Origin: an uncultured Verrucomicrobiae bacterium
Lineage (GTDB): Bacteria; Verrucomicrobiota; Verrucomicrobiia; Limisphaerales; UBA11358
Assembly (NCBI GenBank): GCA_963769285.1
Contig: CAVYLE010000007.1
Location: 270,709-334,708, forward strand
DNA: 64,000 bases
Direction: 5' to 3'
Below, one piece after another: positions 1 through 10,446 of the stretch (its first letter is position 1; every line of letters starts with the position of its first letter). The notes beneath the pieces are model-generated. The model had not been told where the DNA came from, ran no database searches, and saw only the letters and a program-made list of their open reading frames with translations. Made by a program: the position numbers and the translations under genes.

Positions 1-173
1 GATTTACAGTCGCGTCGAAGCGAAGCGAAGACGGAAGGAGAGGGAGAATCGTCCGCCGCGTTTGAACCATGCGATGTTCCAGATTGTTGTATGTCTTACA
101 AACAATGACACAGAATGAGTGATTGCAATGAGAATCGAGAAACTGCCCAGCACCGTGACAAAGCTCACCCTCT

Positions 174-208
174 CCCCGGGGGAGAGGGCCGGGGTGAGGG
201 CGAGCGTG
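174..208. repeat. GC-rich nested palindrome (REP-like), ctcaccc-tctccccgggggaga-gggccggggtgag
   Basis: Inverted repeat read directly from the sequence. It lies in a non-coding-looking stretch at the left window edge. Confidence 0.45.
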
Positions 209-417
209 AATCCAATTCCACGGAAAACGTCAAGGAACACATGATGGAGAAGCCACCGGCAGTTTCTTCTTCCAATTTCCTCTGGACAAACCGTTTCGCC
301 AAACGCAGAGTCAAAACAGGAAAATGAATGGGCTGCGAAACAAGCCATCCTTTGACCGGCAGGCATCATTGCGATTACAGCTTGAAACCAACAGCGACTG
401 TCCCTTGAGTTTTAATC

Positions 418-973
418 ATGTATTATTATACGGCCATTGAGCGATTTGACCCCGACAACGGTGAGCGGTGGGTGGGTTATATCCGATGGCTGGGGCGCAC
501 CGACCTGAAACGCCTTGTGACGCTCGACAGCCTTCTCTGCCCTCCGGTCGTCCATCCCGAATCGGCGGACAACTGGCAGTTCGTGTCCAAAGAGGAGTTC
601 ATGCTCGATTTCTTCACCGACCTCGACTTTGTTCTGCGGCGTGTTTCAGAACCATCGTCCCTCGGTGGTGATTGCCATCGTCCGCGATCCTTCGCCCGCC
701 GATATCTCTGATTTCCCGCATCCCGATTTCGAGTTTGCCGGCTTTGACGTGGTGGACTCCCAGTTCACCGCCAGCGCACTTCTTAACGGCGACCGTTTTC
801 CCGGCGTGTTCAATGTCTCGGAGCTTTCATTGGAGTCGGGGCTCATCAAGATGCGGGAGCGGGCCTTCCGGATTCGCGATACCTTGCGCCGGTGCTTCCC
901 GGACCGCGACGAAGCCAAATGCCATGTCTGGGCCATCTGGCGTTACATTGGAATCACCGGCCGTGGCGGCTGA
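418..973 (+). pseudogene. Hypothetical protein split into two overlapping frames (ORFs 418..711 and 629..973)
   Basis: The two plus-strand ORFs overlap by about 80 nt. Both have non-shadow-like composition (MYYYTAIERFDPDNGERW... and ...VVIAIVRDPSPADISDFPHPDFEFAGFDVVD...). This fits one gene with a frameshift near 640-670. No family recognised. Confidence 0.3.
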
Positions 974-1035
974 TTTTACCGGTCTTTTGCGTCAACCGGC
1001 TTGTCAAAAGTTCCCGGCTGCATTATTGTCTGACC

Positions 1036-2007
1036 ATGTCGTTGAATAAACATTTTGTACTGGCGGTTCTGCTTTTATGCGGCCTGCGCCCCGCGGGCGC
1101 CGACGTGATTCAATTGAAGGATCAAGCCGCCGTCACCGGTAAAATCCTCGCCGAAAGACCTGATTCCATCGTCGTGGACGTGGGCTACACCGTGCTCGTC
1201 GTGCCGAGCAACGCCATCGCCAACATTTCCAAATCCGGCAACGCCGCGCCAACGCCAACGCCGGCCGCATCCAACCTGGTCGTCAGCGTCAACGCCATCC
1301 CGCAATTTTTTTATTCGAACAACCGTCCCGCCGCCGCCCGCGACGTGCAGGACCTCGTCAAGCAAATCGGCGAGGCGGTCGTGCAGGTCCGCACGCCCGG
1401 AGGCCTGGGTTCGGGATTTTTCATCAACGCGGACGGTTATCTGATCACGAATTTTCACGTCATCGAGGGCGAGACGGAAATTTCCGTTGAAGTGTATCAT
1501 CAGCACAACGGCCAGCTTGACCGCGAGACCTACAAGCAGGTGAAAATCATCGCCCTCAACAAATTCCACGACCTGGCGCTGCTGAAAATCGAGGACAAGA
1601 ACGCCACCAGGTTCAAATACGTCAACCTCGGCGGTTCGGACGTGTTGAGCGTCGGTGATTCAGTGTTTGCCATCGGCAGTCCGATGGGATTGGAACGCAC
1701 CGTGACCTCGGGCATTATCAGCACCAAGACCCGCCAGCTGGAAGGCGAGCTTTATCTGCAAACCACCGCGCAGATCAATCCCGGCAACAGCGGCGGCCCG
1801 CTGTTCAATCTCGGCGGCGAAGTCGTCGGCGTGACGAACATGAAAATCACCTTTGGCGAGGGCCTGGGTTTTGCGATTCCCGTCGAACTGGTGAAAAGCT
1901 TTCTGGAACACCGCGACGCCTTCGCCTACTCCACCGACAATCCGAACAATCCGTATCGCTATCTCGAACCGCCCGGCCGCATCCAAAACCAGCCGTCGGC
2001 GCAATAA
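1036..2007 (+). CDS. Trypsin-like (S1C/HtrA-type) serine protease, secreted, no obvious PDZ domain
   Basis: Internal ATG at 1036 gives a signal peptide (MSLNKHFVLAVLLLCGLRPAGA). Catalytic triad contexts are present: TNFHVIEG (His), HDLALLKI (Asp), GNSGGPLF (Ser). Confidence 0.85.
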   Translation: MSLNKHFVLAVLLLCGLRPAGADVIQLKDQAAVTGKILAERPDSIVVDVGYTVLVVPSNAIANISKSGNAAPTPTPAASNLVVSVNAIPQFFYSNNRPAAARDVQDLVKQIGEAVVQVRTPGGLGSGFFINADGYLITNFHVIEGETEISVEVYHQHNGQLDRETYKQVKIIALNKFHDLALLKIEDKNATRFKYVNLGGSDVLSVGDSVFAIGSPMGLERTVTSGIISTKTRQLEGELYLQTTAQINPGNSGGPLFNLGGEVVGVTNMKITFGEGLGFAIPVELVKSFLEHRDAFAYSTDNPNNPYRYLEPPGRIQNQPSAQ

Positions 2008-2069
2008 AAAACATCAAGGCACCCAAATTGAGGGCGCGACTTTTCAGCCGAATTGGACTTTAATCCATT

Positions 2070-4007
2070 ATGACCGCACGCATTTTACGCTTCACCCCGC
2101 CACACATGGCTGGATTTTTTTCCGCGACGCTGGCCGCGTGGCTGACGCTGGCCATGACCGTTTGCGCCGCGATTCCGTCGGCTGAAAACCTGCTGCCATC
2201 GGACACGCTTTTGGTCATCTCCGTGCCCGACTTTTCAGCACTGCGCGCCGCCGCCAGGCAATCGCCGCAGTGCCTTTTCTGGAATGACGCGGCGATGAAG
2301 CCATTCCACGACAAGTTCATGGCCCGGTGGAACGAAAAACTGGTCGCTCCGCTGGAACGCGACCTCGGCGTCGAGTTCAGCGACTTCACCAGTTTGCCGC
2401 AAGGCCAGTTGACCCTGGCCGTCACGCAAAACGGATGGACCGGCGGCGACGGCCCGGCGCCCGGCGTGCTGTTGCTGCTCAACGCCAAAGGGAAGAGCGA
2501 TTTGCTCAAAACCAACCTGGCCGCCCTTCGCAAAAAATGGGCGGACGCGGGCAAGCCGATGCACAACGAAACCATTCGGGGCATTTCATTTTCCGTCGTG
2601 CCGCTTTCGAGCAATGACATTCCGGCAACGCTCGCCGGTGTTTTCCCCAAACGCCAGCCGGTCCAGGAACTGGGCAAGGAGAACAAACCGCCGCCGCCCG
2701 GCGAAATTGTCATCGGCCAGTTTGAATCGCTGTTGATCGTCGGCAGTTCATTGAAAGCCGTCGAAGCCGTTGCCACGCGGTTGACCGGCGGTGCGCTGCC
2801 GCCGTTGGCCGACAATGCGCTTTTTGCCGCCGACCGGCTCGCGCAATTTCGCGACGCGCCGTTGTATTACGGCTGGCTCAATGCGAAAACCCTTTTCGAC
2901 GTGCTGGTTCACATTGCCCCGGCGGAGCCGAACCCGGATGCGCCCAGCCCCGTGCCGCCGATTCCGTGGGACAAAATTCTCGGCGCATCGGGTTTGACCG
3001 GCTGGAAGTCCGCCAGCTTCAGTTACCGCGAATCACATGATGGCTCGCGGATTGATTTTTACATCTCCGCGCCGGAAGCCAGCCGGCAGGGCATTTTTAA
3101 AATAATCGCCGCCGCGCCGAAGGACGCGAACCCGCCGGCCTTTGTGCCCGCCAACGCCGTGAAATTCTGGCGCTGGCGCGGGGACGGCCAGAAATCCTGG
3201 GCGGCGTTTGAAAAAATCCTTTCTGACATTTCGCCCGCCTGGCTCGGCAGCCTCAATTCCGCGATCAGCATCGCCAACGCGACCGCTCAGCAAAAAGACC
3301 CGGACTTCGATGTCCGCAAAAATCTCATCGGCAACCTGGGCGACGATTGGATCAACTATCAAACAGTGTCGGCGGGCAAAACGCTGGCGGATTTGAATTC
3401 CGCCCCCTCGCTTTTCCTGTTTGCCGCATTGAAACCCGATCAAGCCGTGCTGGCGATCAAAAACATTGCCGCCCTCGCCGCCTCGCAGGAAAACGCACCC
3501 GCGCCGCGTCAATTTTCCGGCCGGACCATTTACACGATTGCCCTGCCCTCGCGCTCCGCTGCGCCGCGTTCGCTTTACTGCGCGTCCAGCGGCGGTTATG
3601 TCGCCCTGACGACGGACGTTTCGATGATTGAGACTTATCTGCGAAGCGCCGACAGCAAGGCCAGACCGTTGCGCGAAACCGCCGGCTTTGCCGACGCCGC
3701 ACAGCACACTGGCGGTGCGGGCACCGGGCTTTTCGCCTACGAAAACCAGCGTGAGACCATGCGCGCGGCTTTTACCGCCCTGAAAAACAGTTCCCAGGAC
3801 AGCCCGTCATCCGGCGGCGCCAATGCCTTCAGCGCCCTGCCTTTTGCCTCGCCGGGAAAAATCCTCGGCGAATGGATGGATTTTTCGCTCCTGCCGGAAT
3901 ACGACAAGGTTTCCAAATATTTTTATTTTTCCGTCACCAGCGGCAGTGTCACGGGGGACGGTTTTTCCTTCAAGGTTTTTGCCCCGCGCCCGCCGCAGTT
4001 GAATTGA
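2070..4007 (+). CDS. Large secreted hypothetical protein (645 aa)
   Basis: Long ORF with an N-terminal hydrophobic signal/anchor (FFSATLAAWLTLAMTVCAAIPSA). Composition looks coding. Antisense ORFs are Arg/Ala-rich shadows. No family confidently recognised. Confidence 0.7.
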   Translation: MTARILRFTPPHMAGFFSATLAAWLTLAMTVCAAIPSAENLLPSDTLLVISVPDFSALRAAARQSPQCLFWNDAAMKPFHDKFMARWNEKLVAPLERDLGVEFSDFTSLPQGQLTLAVTQNGWTGGDGPAPGVLLLLNAKGKSDLLKTNLAALRKKWADAGKPMHNETIRGISFSVVPLSSNDIPATLAGVFPKRQPVQELGKENKPPPPGEIVIGQFESLLIVGSSLKAVEAVATRLTGGALPPLADNALFAADRLAQFRDAPLYYGWLNAKTLFDVLVHIAPAEPNPDAPSPVPPIPWDKILGASGLTGWKSASFSYRESHDGSRIDFYISAPEASRQGIFKIIAAAPKDANPPAFVPANAVKFWRWRGDGQKSWAAFEKILSDISPAWLGSLNSAISIANATAQQKDPDFDVRKNLIGNLGDDWINYQTVSAGKTLADLNSAPSLFLFAALKPDQAVLAIKNIAALAASQENAPAPRQFSGRTIYTIALPSRSAAPRSLYCASSGGYVALTTDVSMIETYLRSADSKARPLRETAGFADAAQHTGGAGTGLFAYENQRETMRAAFTALKNSSQDSPSSGGANAFSALPFASPGKILGEWMDFSLLPEYDKVSKYFYFSVTSGSVTGDGFSFKVFAPRPPQLN

Positions 4008-4040
4008 AATCAATCCCCATGGACAATCGGAACAAGACTC

Positions 4041-4133
4041 GGTAGGGCGGGCAGTCCTCTGCCCGCCGCCGAAGGTGGTGAGACATCCGCATCGTTGACA
4101 ATCCCGACGGCTCGCACGGAGTGCGCGCCCTAC
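4041..4133. repeat. REP-like palindromic element between convergent genes
   Basis: Outer arms ggtagggcg...cgccctacc plus an inner hairpin gcgggcag-tcct-ctgcccgc. It sits between the stops of the 2070..4007 (+) and 4159..6498 (-) genes and may act as a terminator. Confidence 0.5.
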
Positions 4134-4158
4134 CAATGGCCGATTATTATCGGGAATG

Positions 4159-6498
4159 TTATTCCTGCGCATAAACCAGGATGCGGTCATGCACCAGCAC
4201 GATCAAATCGTTCTTTTTATCGCCGGTGACATCAACCACGAGTGCTTCGCGCGGTTCAGGCAGGGCATCCGTGCGTCCGCGGAAGGTGTGCTGCTCGAAC
4301 ACCTGCCAGCGATTGGAAGGGACGAGCTTGTGATGTGAATCAAAGCTGACGAGGTCGAGATAATTTTTTGCCGTTTCCAAAAACACCAAATCCTTGCGCC
4401 CGGTATTGCTCAAATCACCCGCCACCACGTCATTCAAATATCCGTTCTTGACCGGCGTGTCGTAGCCATCGAGCGCGGTCAATTCCCAAACCTCGCCCGC
4501 CAGGGGCATCCACGCGACGGCGTTCTGGCCGAGAAACGCCACGCTCTGGGTATTCGTGCCGCCGAGCGCAACCGACTGCAAACCGGCGAAATCCGACACC
4601 GGCAACTCCACGTTGCGGGACACCTGCCACACACCCGTCGCATCGCGCTCGCACAACGTCAACTGCTTGTGCTCCGCATCGAGCAGGAAAATCGCCGGCA
4701 CGCTGTTCGTGCCGTTCCGCACCACCGTGGCGCCGGCAATGCGCGAGTCGCCCGCCGCGCCGTTGATTTGATCCTTCACGCGAAAAACCCAATCCGCTTG
4801 ATTGGTTGACCCCGGTATTTTGGCCTGCTGTTCGAGCACGACAGCGCGCACAAAATTTTTCTGCGGCAGCAACAGCTCCGGCTTCCCGTCGCCGTCCACG
4901 TCCGCCGACGCCAGCCACGGCTGCTCAATCGCGCCGCCGGGCGGGTCCACGTCCTGTTCATCGAAATCCCCGCCGGATTTTTGCAGCAGCACCTTGATTT
5001 TTTCATACGGAATCAGCGCGACCAAATCCGGCCGTCCGTCCTGGTTGACATCCTGGATGGCGAGCGCCGTGGGATTTGATTTGAAATTCACGTTGAGCTT
5101 TTGGGTTTTCGTCCTGCCATCAGCCAGGCGCGTGACCAGCGAACGCCGGCCGTTCCGGTCCACAATCACGCAAAGCGACGGCTTCGCGCCGGGCTTCAAT
5201 GCGCCGACGGCCATCACGAGCGGTTTGCCTTCGAACGGAATGAGCGTTGGGAACGGCAGCCGGCCGTTTTTATCAAATTGTGCCACGCCGACCGCGTTTT
5301 CGTCGCGGCTCAGAAAAAAAATGTCCGTATGGCCGTCGCCGCGCCAATCCGCCGCCGCGAGCTGGCTCACGCCGGCCAGAGTGGGAAAGGTCTTGGGCGG
5401 GGCAAGCGAACCGTCCGGCTGCTGCAAATAAACCGAAAGCTGGCCGCTGGCCGGCTCGGCCACGAGCAAATCGGCGCGGCCGTCGCCGTTGACATCGGCC
5501 CAAAGCAGGCCGCGTTGCGTCGCGTCGGTCTTGTTCAATGGCAGAATTTGAAATTGTCCGCGCCGGAACGTGCCGGACAAAATTTCGGCGGGCTGGCGCG
5601 TGAATTGCGAAACCTCGGCGCGGCCGGAATCCCGCGCGATGGTCACGACGTAATTTTTGCCGTTACCTTCGAGGGTGTCCACGCAAAACGAGCGGATGGG
5701 CGGTGTCTTGAAATAGATTTCCGGCCCCAACTGGCCGGCGGCATTTTGCAAGCGGAACCGCAACGGCGTCGGGCTGTCCCAATCCACCAGCAGCAAATCA
5801 TTCCGGCCATCGCCGTCCACATCCACGATTTGCACGGATTTGGGCGTGCCCGAGCACGGAATTTTTTGGGGTTCGCCGAGCGTGTGGTCCGCCAATTGTG
5901 GCAGGAAATACAGCGAGCCGTTGTCACCCAGCAAAACGAGGTCGGTGCGGCCGTCGCCGTTCAAATCCCCTTCGGCCAGCGCATTCGCGGTCATTTGTCC
6001 GTCCACGATGTGCCAGTGTTTCGGCTTGCTCCAGCCATTGGTGCCTTCGTTGTAAATCACTTCGAGATCCCTCGCATCGCCGTAAAACGCGATGTCGGGA
6101 CGGCCGTCGCCGTTGAGATCGGTCACGACCAGCGCGCCCAGGCGCTCGTCGGTGGGAATGGAATCAATGCGAAAACGCGCGTCGGGCGGCAATTCATTGA
6201 TTTCGAGTTTGCGCGCCGGGCTGGCGGCGGCAGCTTGATTGGTTTTGCCCGTTTGATTGTAAAGCAAATTGATTTTGGAGCGCAGATTGTTGGCGACGAT
6301 GAGGTCGTTCAAGCCGTCGCCGTCCAGATCCGCCGCGTGCAGGAGGCTGATTTGAACGTCAATCGGAAAAATTTCCGGGCCGGTGAAACCGAAACTGTTC
6401 GTGACATTTTCACCATGCCCGGCGAAAGCAAAAACGAAAACCAACGCCGACAAAACACTGAAGCGGGACAATTTCATGGTTTGCATAAACAGGCGCAA
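4159..6498 (-). CDS. FG-GAP/VCBS repeat (integrin-alpha-like beta-propeller) secreted protein
   Basis: Repeated Ca-binding-type motifs: DLDGDGLNDLIV, DLNGDGRPDIAF, DLNGDGRTDLVLL, DVDGDGRNDLLLV, DVNGDGRADLLV, DVDGDGKPELLL. N-terminal signal peptide present. The start may instead be the internal MKLSRF (6477). Confidence 0.85.
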   Translation of the reverse strand: MRLFMQTMKLSRFSVLSALVFVFAFAGHGENVTNSFGFTGPEIFPIDVQISLLHAADLDGDGLNDLIVANNLRSKINLLYNQTGKTNQAAAASPARKLEINELPPDARFRIDSIPTDERLGALVVTDLNGDGRPDIAFYGDARDLEVIYNEGTNGWSKPKHWHIVDGQMTANALAEGDLNGDGRTDLVLLGDNGSLYFLPQLADHTLGEPQKIPCSGTPKSVQIVDVDGDGRNDLLLVDWDSPTPLRFRLQNAAGQLGPEIYFKTPPIRSFCVDTLEGNGKNYVVTIARDSGRAEVSQFTRQPAEILSGTFRRGQFQILPLNKTDATQRGLLWADVNGDGRADLLVAEPASGQLSVYLQQPDGSLAPPKTFPTLAGVSQLAAADWRGDGHTDIFFLSRDENAVGVAQFDKNGRLPFPTLIPFEGKPLVMAVGALKPGAKPSLCVIVDRNGRRSLVTRLADGRTKTQKLNVNFKSNPTALAIQDVNQDGRPDLVALIPYEKIKVLLQKSGGDFDEQDVDPPGGAIEQPWLASADVDGDGKPELLLPQKNFVRAVVLEQQAKIPGSTNQADWVFRVKDQINGAAGDSRIAGATVVRNGTNSVPAIFLLDAEHKQLTLCERDATGVWQVSRNVELPVSDFAGLQSVALGGTNTQSVAFLGQNAVAWMPLAGEVWELTALDGYDTPVKNGYLNDVVAGDLSNTGRKDLVFLETAKNYLDLVSFDSHHKLVPSNRWQVFEQHTFRGRTDALPEPREALVVDVTGDKKNDLIVLVHDRILVYAQE

Positions 6499-6727
6499 CC
6501 TGCCATCGGACGGAGCGCTTGGCGAGTTTTAATTCGCCGATGATTTGACCGCAGACGCAACCATGACACCCACGCCACAACCAACGGATTACGCGGCTGG
6601 AAGGCGCATTGACTGGCAGCCAGTATGGCTTGCCTCCACGGGGTGGCGGCATGCTTCCCAGCGTGCCAGTGATGGCGGCTTCCAGCCGCCAATTGTTGTG
6701 GGTGCCAAGAAGCACTCTTTGACCTGT

Positions 6728-6797
6728 GGTGGGGCGAGACTCCCGGCGAGCCGCTTTGTTGAAATTTGTTCCGGCTCGCGAGGACGCTCGCCCCACC
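6728..6797. repeat. Stem-loop ggtggggcgagactcccggcgagccg / cggctcgcgaggacgctcgccccacc (same module as the core of the 27.0 and 28.0 kb elements)
   Basis: Roughly 26-nt arms read directly. It lies just 3' of the yjbQ stop, so a terminator or REP role is possible. Confidence 0.6.
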
Positions 6798-6806
6798 GCC
6801 GACCGG

Positions 6807-7238
6807 TTATTCGCCGATGAAGTGCAATGTGATGCGGCGCGAGTGGCCGCGAATGCGGTGTTCCCACACATAAATCCCCTGCCAGGTGCCGAGGGCGAGC
6901 CGTCCGCCGCGCACGGGAAGGTTCAGGTTGACCGCCGTCAGCGCCGTGCGGATGTGTGCCGGCATGTCGTCGTCGCCTTCGGCAGTGTGGATGAAAAGCG
7001 GGTCGCCGTCGGGGACCAGCCGTTTGAAAAACGCCTCCAGATCGCGCCGCACGTCCGGATCGGCGTTTTCCTGAATCAGCAGCGAGGCCGAAGTATGCTG
7101 CAAATGAATCGTCAGCAGGCCGTCCTGGAAATGGTTTTGAGCCACCCACCGTTCAACTTCGCGCGTGAACTCGCAAAGCCCGCGGCCGCGGGTCGGGATC
7201 GTTAATTCGTGGAAAGCCTGGCGCAGCATGGCAAACAA
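6807..7238 (-). CDS. yjbQ: YjbQ/UPF0047 family protein (secondary thiamine-phosphate synthase-like)
   Basis: The 143-aa sequence has family-typical stretches: LCEFTREV..., LLTIHLQHTSASLLIQENADPDVRRDLE, GDDDMPAHIRTAL, LGTWQGIYVWEHR. Confidence 0.88.
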   Translation of the reverse strand: MFAMLRQAFHELTIPTRGRGLCEFTREVERWVAQNHFQDGLLTIHLQHTSASLLIQENADPDVRRDLEAFFKRLVPDGDPLFIHTAEGDDDMPAHIRTALTAVNLNLPVRGGRLALGTWQGIYVWEHRIRGHSRRITLHFIGE

Positions 7239-7329
7239 CGGATGATTGGATTATTGGATTGATGGATCAATGGAGGGTGACAATGTTTTCCCAAAAATCC
7301 AATCCTCCATAAATCCATCAATCCACTTT

Positions 7330-9207
7330 TCATTGGGGGTTCGCCGGCGCGCCTTTGGCGTCCAGCATTTTCTCCAGGTCCGGATTATGCGGCTGGCCGG
7401 TGTCGAGCGCCTTTTGATAATGCCAGCGCGCCAGTTCCACCAGGGGCGGCGCCTCGCTGATGTAAATCACCGCCAGATTGTTGTGCGCCGGGCCGTAATT
7501 GGGATCGAGTTGAATCGCCTTGCGCAACGCCGTTTCCGCCTGCTTGCGCAGGCCTTTGTGACTGAGCGTGACGCCGAGATAATTTTGAATTTCAGGATTT
7601 CGCGAATCCAGCTTCGCCGCACGGCTCAACGCATCGAACGCTTCGTCGTATTTTTCGCGAAGGAATTCAAGGCGGCCCAGCGTGGCCAGGTTGTAGGGGT
7701 CGTTCGGACTTTGAGCGACGGCGGCTTTGATGTGTTTTTCCGCAACGTCGAGCCGGCCCTGCTCCATCTCAATCGTCGCCAGGTTGGCCAGCACCAATCC
7801 GTTGTTGGCATCATGCTGCAAAATTTTCTGATAATCATCCGCGGCCTTGTCGTATTGCCGGGCGGAAAAATAATTTTGCGCCTCGGCCACCAGTTGGGCT
7901 GCGCCGCCGGGCAGTTCCCTGATGGATTTTTTCTCCGCGTTGCGATTGGCCAGTTGCGGCGCGGACTGCTTGAATAAAGCCAGTTCCTCCGGCGTGTAAG
8001 GGATGACCTCCGCTTCATCCACCGCCAGCCGCGCGCGCAAGGCGGACACTTCATCGGTCAACTGACCGATTCGCGCCGCGGCGTCCTGTTTCCGGCGGCC
8101 GTAAAGCTCCTGGTTTGCCTCGCCAAGTTTCGCCAGCAAATTATTGCGCTCCTGCGTCAACGCCTGGATGCGCCTCTCGTTTTCCGCCTGGTTTGGCGCC
8201 GGGACCGGCGCGGCATTCACCGCCGCGATCTGCAACTGGCGCACGCGATTTTCCAGGGCCGACTTTTCCAGAGAACTCACTGCGGCAGCCGACTGCAAGA
8301 TGGCAATCTGTTTCCGCATCCCGGTCAATTCTGAATTCAGCCGGGCGGCTTCAGCCGGATCCGGCGCCGCCGGTTTGAAATCGGCAATCTGTTTTTTAAG
8401 CAGCGCATTTTCCTCGCGCAGCGCTTGAATCGTCTCGGGACTGGCCAGCAACGACTGGACGCGCGATTGCAACGCCTGATTTTCCCGGGTCAACTGGTCG
8501 GCGCGCGCCGTTTGCGCGGACAATTTTTGATTCGCCTCGGCCAGGGCCAGTTGCGCCAGTTTCAAGGCGTCCGATTCCGCCACCGTTGGCCCAATCGCCG
8601 TTCCGGCTTTTCCCTGCGACAGGCTGACCTTGAGCAAATCGTTTTCCTTCAGCAGCGCCCGGATTTTCTCCCTCGCCTGGGTCAGTTCGCGCGAATCAAT
8701 CGCCGCCGGTTGCGCCGCCAGCGCCTCCTGAAGCTTGGCTTGCAGCGTCGTGTTATCCACCTGCAATTTTTGCATCTGCTCATGCAACGCGCCCAACTGC
8801 GCCTCCAAATCAGCGGCGGCGGTTGACGGAGCCGCGCCCGGCGGCGGCGGTGCCGGCGGCGGCGTTCCGCTTTGCGGGATCACGGGAAGTTTCGCCGTGA
8901 CTTCGTCGATTTTTTCCGCGAGATACTTCAAGCGGAAGCTGACAATTCTCGGGTTCCAATCCGGGTAAATATTCTGGAATTTTTGCAGTTCGCTCCGCAC
9001 CTGGACGTATTGGGCCAGCGCCTGGCGCGGCTGACCGGAGCTGTCCAATGAATCCGCCTGCTGCATCAGGCTGTAAATGACGATGTATTGGTCATCAGGC
9101 CCCTGCTGCGCACGCGCTGTCGGCAACCGCGCGGCCAATATCAAAATCAGGAGTGCAACAATACGTTTCACAGCGATACAATAGCCACAGGCGGTGTGGT
9201 TTGGCAA
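7330..9207 (-). CDS. Secreted coiled-coil + C-terminal TPR repeat protein
   Basis: Signal peptide (KRIVALLILILAARLPTARA), a long Q/A/L/E-rich heptad-like middle, and C-terminal TPR units (YDKAADDYQKILQHDANN..., YDEAFDALSRAAKLDSRNPE..., AETALRKAIQLDPNYGPAHNNLAVIY). Start uncertain; a GTG near 9168 is possible. Confidence 0.8.
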   Translation of the reverse strand: MPNHTACGYCIAVKRIVALLILILAARLPTARAQQGPDDQYIVIYSLMQQADSLDSSGQPRQALAQYVQVRSELQKFQNIYPDWNPRIVSFRLKYLAEKIDEVTAKLPVIPQSGTPPPAPPPPGAAPSTAAADLEAQLGALHEQMQKLQVDNTTLQAKLQEALAAQPAAIDSRELTQAREKIRALLKENDLLKVSLSQGKAGTAIGPTVAESDALKLAQLALAEANQKLSAQTARADQLTRENQALQSRVQSLLASPETIQALREENALLKKQIADFKPAAPDPAEAARLNSELTGMRKQIAILQSAAAVSSLEKSALENRVRQLQIAAVNAAPVPAPNQAENERRIQALTQERNNLLAKLGEANQELYGRRKQDAAARIGQLTDEVSALRARLAVDEAEVIPYTPEELALFKQSAPQLANRNAEKKSIRELPGGAAQLVAEAQNYFSARQYDKAADDYQKILQHDANNGLVLANLATIEMEQGRLDVAEKHIKAAVAQSPNDPYNLATLGRLEFLREKYDEAFDALSRAAKLDSRNPEIQNYLGVTLSHKGLRKQAETALRKAIQLDPNYGPAHNNLAVIYISEAPPLVELARWHYQKALDTGQPHNPDLEKMLDAKGAPANPQ

Positions 9208-9309
9208 CGCTGTGTCACAGCGGCAAATCCCGACCCCTGCCTTGGAGTCCCGTTAAATTCTTACGTAGCAGCCGACCAGTCTGAACCAGGGGAACAAGGC
9301 TCAATCTTC

Positions 9310-9498
9310 AAAAGCCAAAAGCCGAAGCCCGAAAGAAATCCGAGTTCCGAAACTCGAACCGGAAAGGTTTCCGCTACTTGTCGCGCCGGACCCGCTCTCC
9401 TGGCGAAGGCGGTCCGATCTTTGGCCTGCTTTTCGGATTTCGGCGTTCGGATTTCTTTCAGCCATTGGGATTCGGCTTTCGGCCTTCGTCCTCTTGTC
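9310..9498. repeat. MITE/REP-like element with 'gaaatccgaa / ttcggatttc' low-complexity inverted arms
   Basis: Left arm ...gccgaagcccgaaagaaatccgagttccgaaactcgaa. Right arm ttttcggatttcggcgttcggatttctttcag...ggctttcggc. The two arms enclose a unique core. Confidence 0.6.
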
Positions 9499-9610
9499 TT
9501 TACGCAGGTTCACGCCCTCAGCGCTCAACCAACCTCGAACCATAGAGTCTGCCACACGTCGGGGGCATTGACCTGCACCGGCGGTTTTGTTAATTTTCGT
9601 CGTCAGCGCC

Positions 9611-10231
9611 ATGAACACCGCGCTAAACCAGCATGTGCTTGTGTTGAACCGGTTGTGGCAGGCGGTCAACGTCTGCACCGCCCGCCGTGCGCTCACCCTG
9701 TTGTTTCAAGGCCAGGCCCAGGTCGTCGTCAACGCCGAGGACGGCTCGTTTCACACCTTCAATTTTCAGGAATGGCGCAACCTTTCTGAAAACGCGACAC
9801 AGGAGGAATCCGTCCGCACCGTTGCCTTCCGCATCCGCGTGCCGCGCATCATTCTGCTGTTTGTCTATGACCGGCTGCCCAAGAAGGAAGTAAAGTTCAC
9901 GCGCCACAACATTTTTGAGCGGGACAAGAACACCTGCCAATATTGCGGGCGCGTGTTTGACCGGAAGGATTTGAATCTGGACCACGTCATTCCGCGCGAC
10001 CGCGGCGGGCCGACGACATGGGAAAACATTGTTTGTTCCTGCATCGAATGCAATACGCAGAAAGCCAACCGCAGGCCGCAGGAGGCCGGCATGAACCTCG
10101 TTCGCAAGCCCAAGCGCCCGAAATGGCGTCCGTTTGTGCAGATCAACTTCAGCCTGCACCGGCACGACAGTTGGAAACATTTCATTGACCTGGCCTATTG
10201 GAACGTCGAACTGGGCGAGGACGTGGAATAA
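9611..10231 (+). CDS. HNH endonuclease family protein
   Basis: HNH core CQYCGRVFDRKDLNLDHVIPRDRGGPTTWENIVCSCIECNTQKANR. ATG at 9611 (MNTALNQHVLVLNR...) is preferred over the upstream start at 9587. Confidence 0.85.
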   Translation: MNTALNQHVLVLNRLWQAVNVCTARRALTLLFQGQAQVVVNAEDGSFHTFNFQEWRNLSENATQEESVRTVAFRIRVPRIILLFVYDRLPKKEVKFTRHNIFERDKNTCQYCGRVFDRKDLNLDHVIPRDRGGPTTWENIVCSCIECNTQKANRRPQEAGMNLVRKPKRPKWRPFVQINFSLHRHDSWKHFIDLAYWNVELGEDVE

Positions 10232-10235
10232 CGGA

Positions 10236-10372
10236 AGTTCGAAGTCTGAAGGTCGAAATCCGAAAGAATTCAGAAACCCGAAATCAGAAGCCAGCCACCG
10301 GCCCGTTTCGGCGTTCGGAACTCGGAATTCGGGGTTCTTTCGGATTTCGGATATCGGAGTTCGGGTTTATAT
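10236..10372. repeat. Second copy of the 'gaaatccgaa' inverted-arm repeat family
   Basis: ggtcgaaatccgaaagaattcagaaacccgaaatcag ... ggggttctttcggatttcggatatcggagttcggg. It follows the HNH gene stop directly. Confidence 0.55.
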
Positions 10373-10446
10373 CGGGAAAAGGCCGCGCAACTTTTGCCGG
10401 GCGTTGGTGTTTGAATCTTTCGAAGGACACGATATATTTGTGAATC

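Noticed and set aside
4-369. ORFs 4..369 (-) and 115..327 (+) at the left window edge
   Set aside because: They overlap each other, are built around a GC-rich palindromic repeat (…LSPGERV… / …PLPGGEGRGEG…), and have no start context or recognisable domain.
5101-6543. 480-aa plus-strand ORF antisense to the FG-GAP gene
   Set aside because: It has an Arg/Ala/Gly/Pro-rich shadow-ORF composition typical of high-GC DNA. The opposite strand carries clear FG-GAP repeats.
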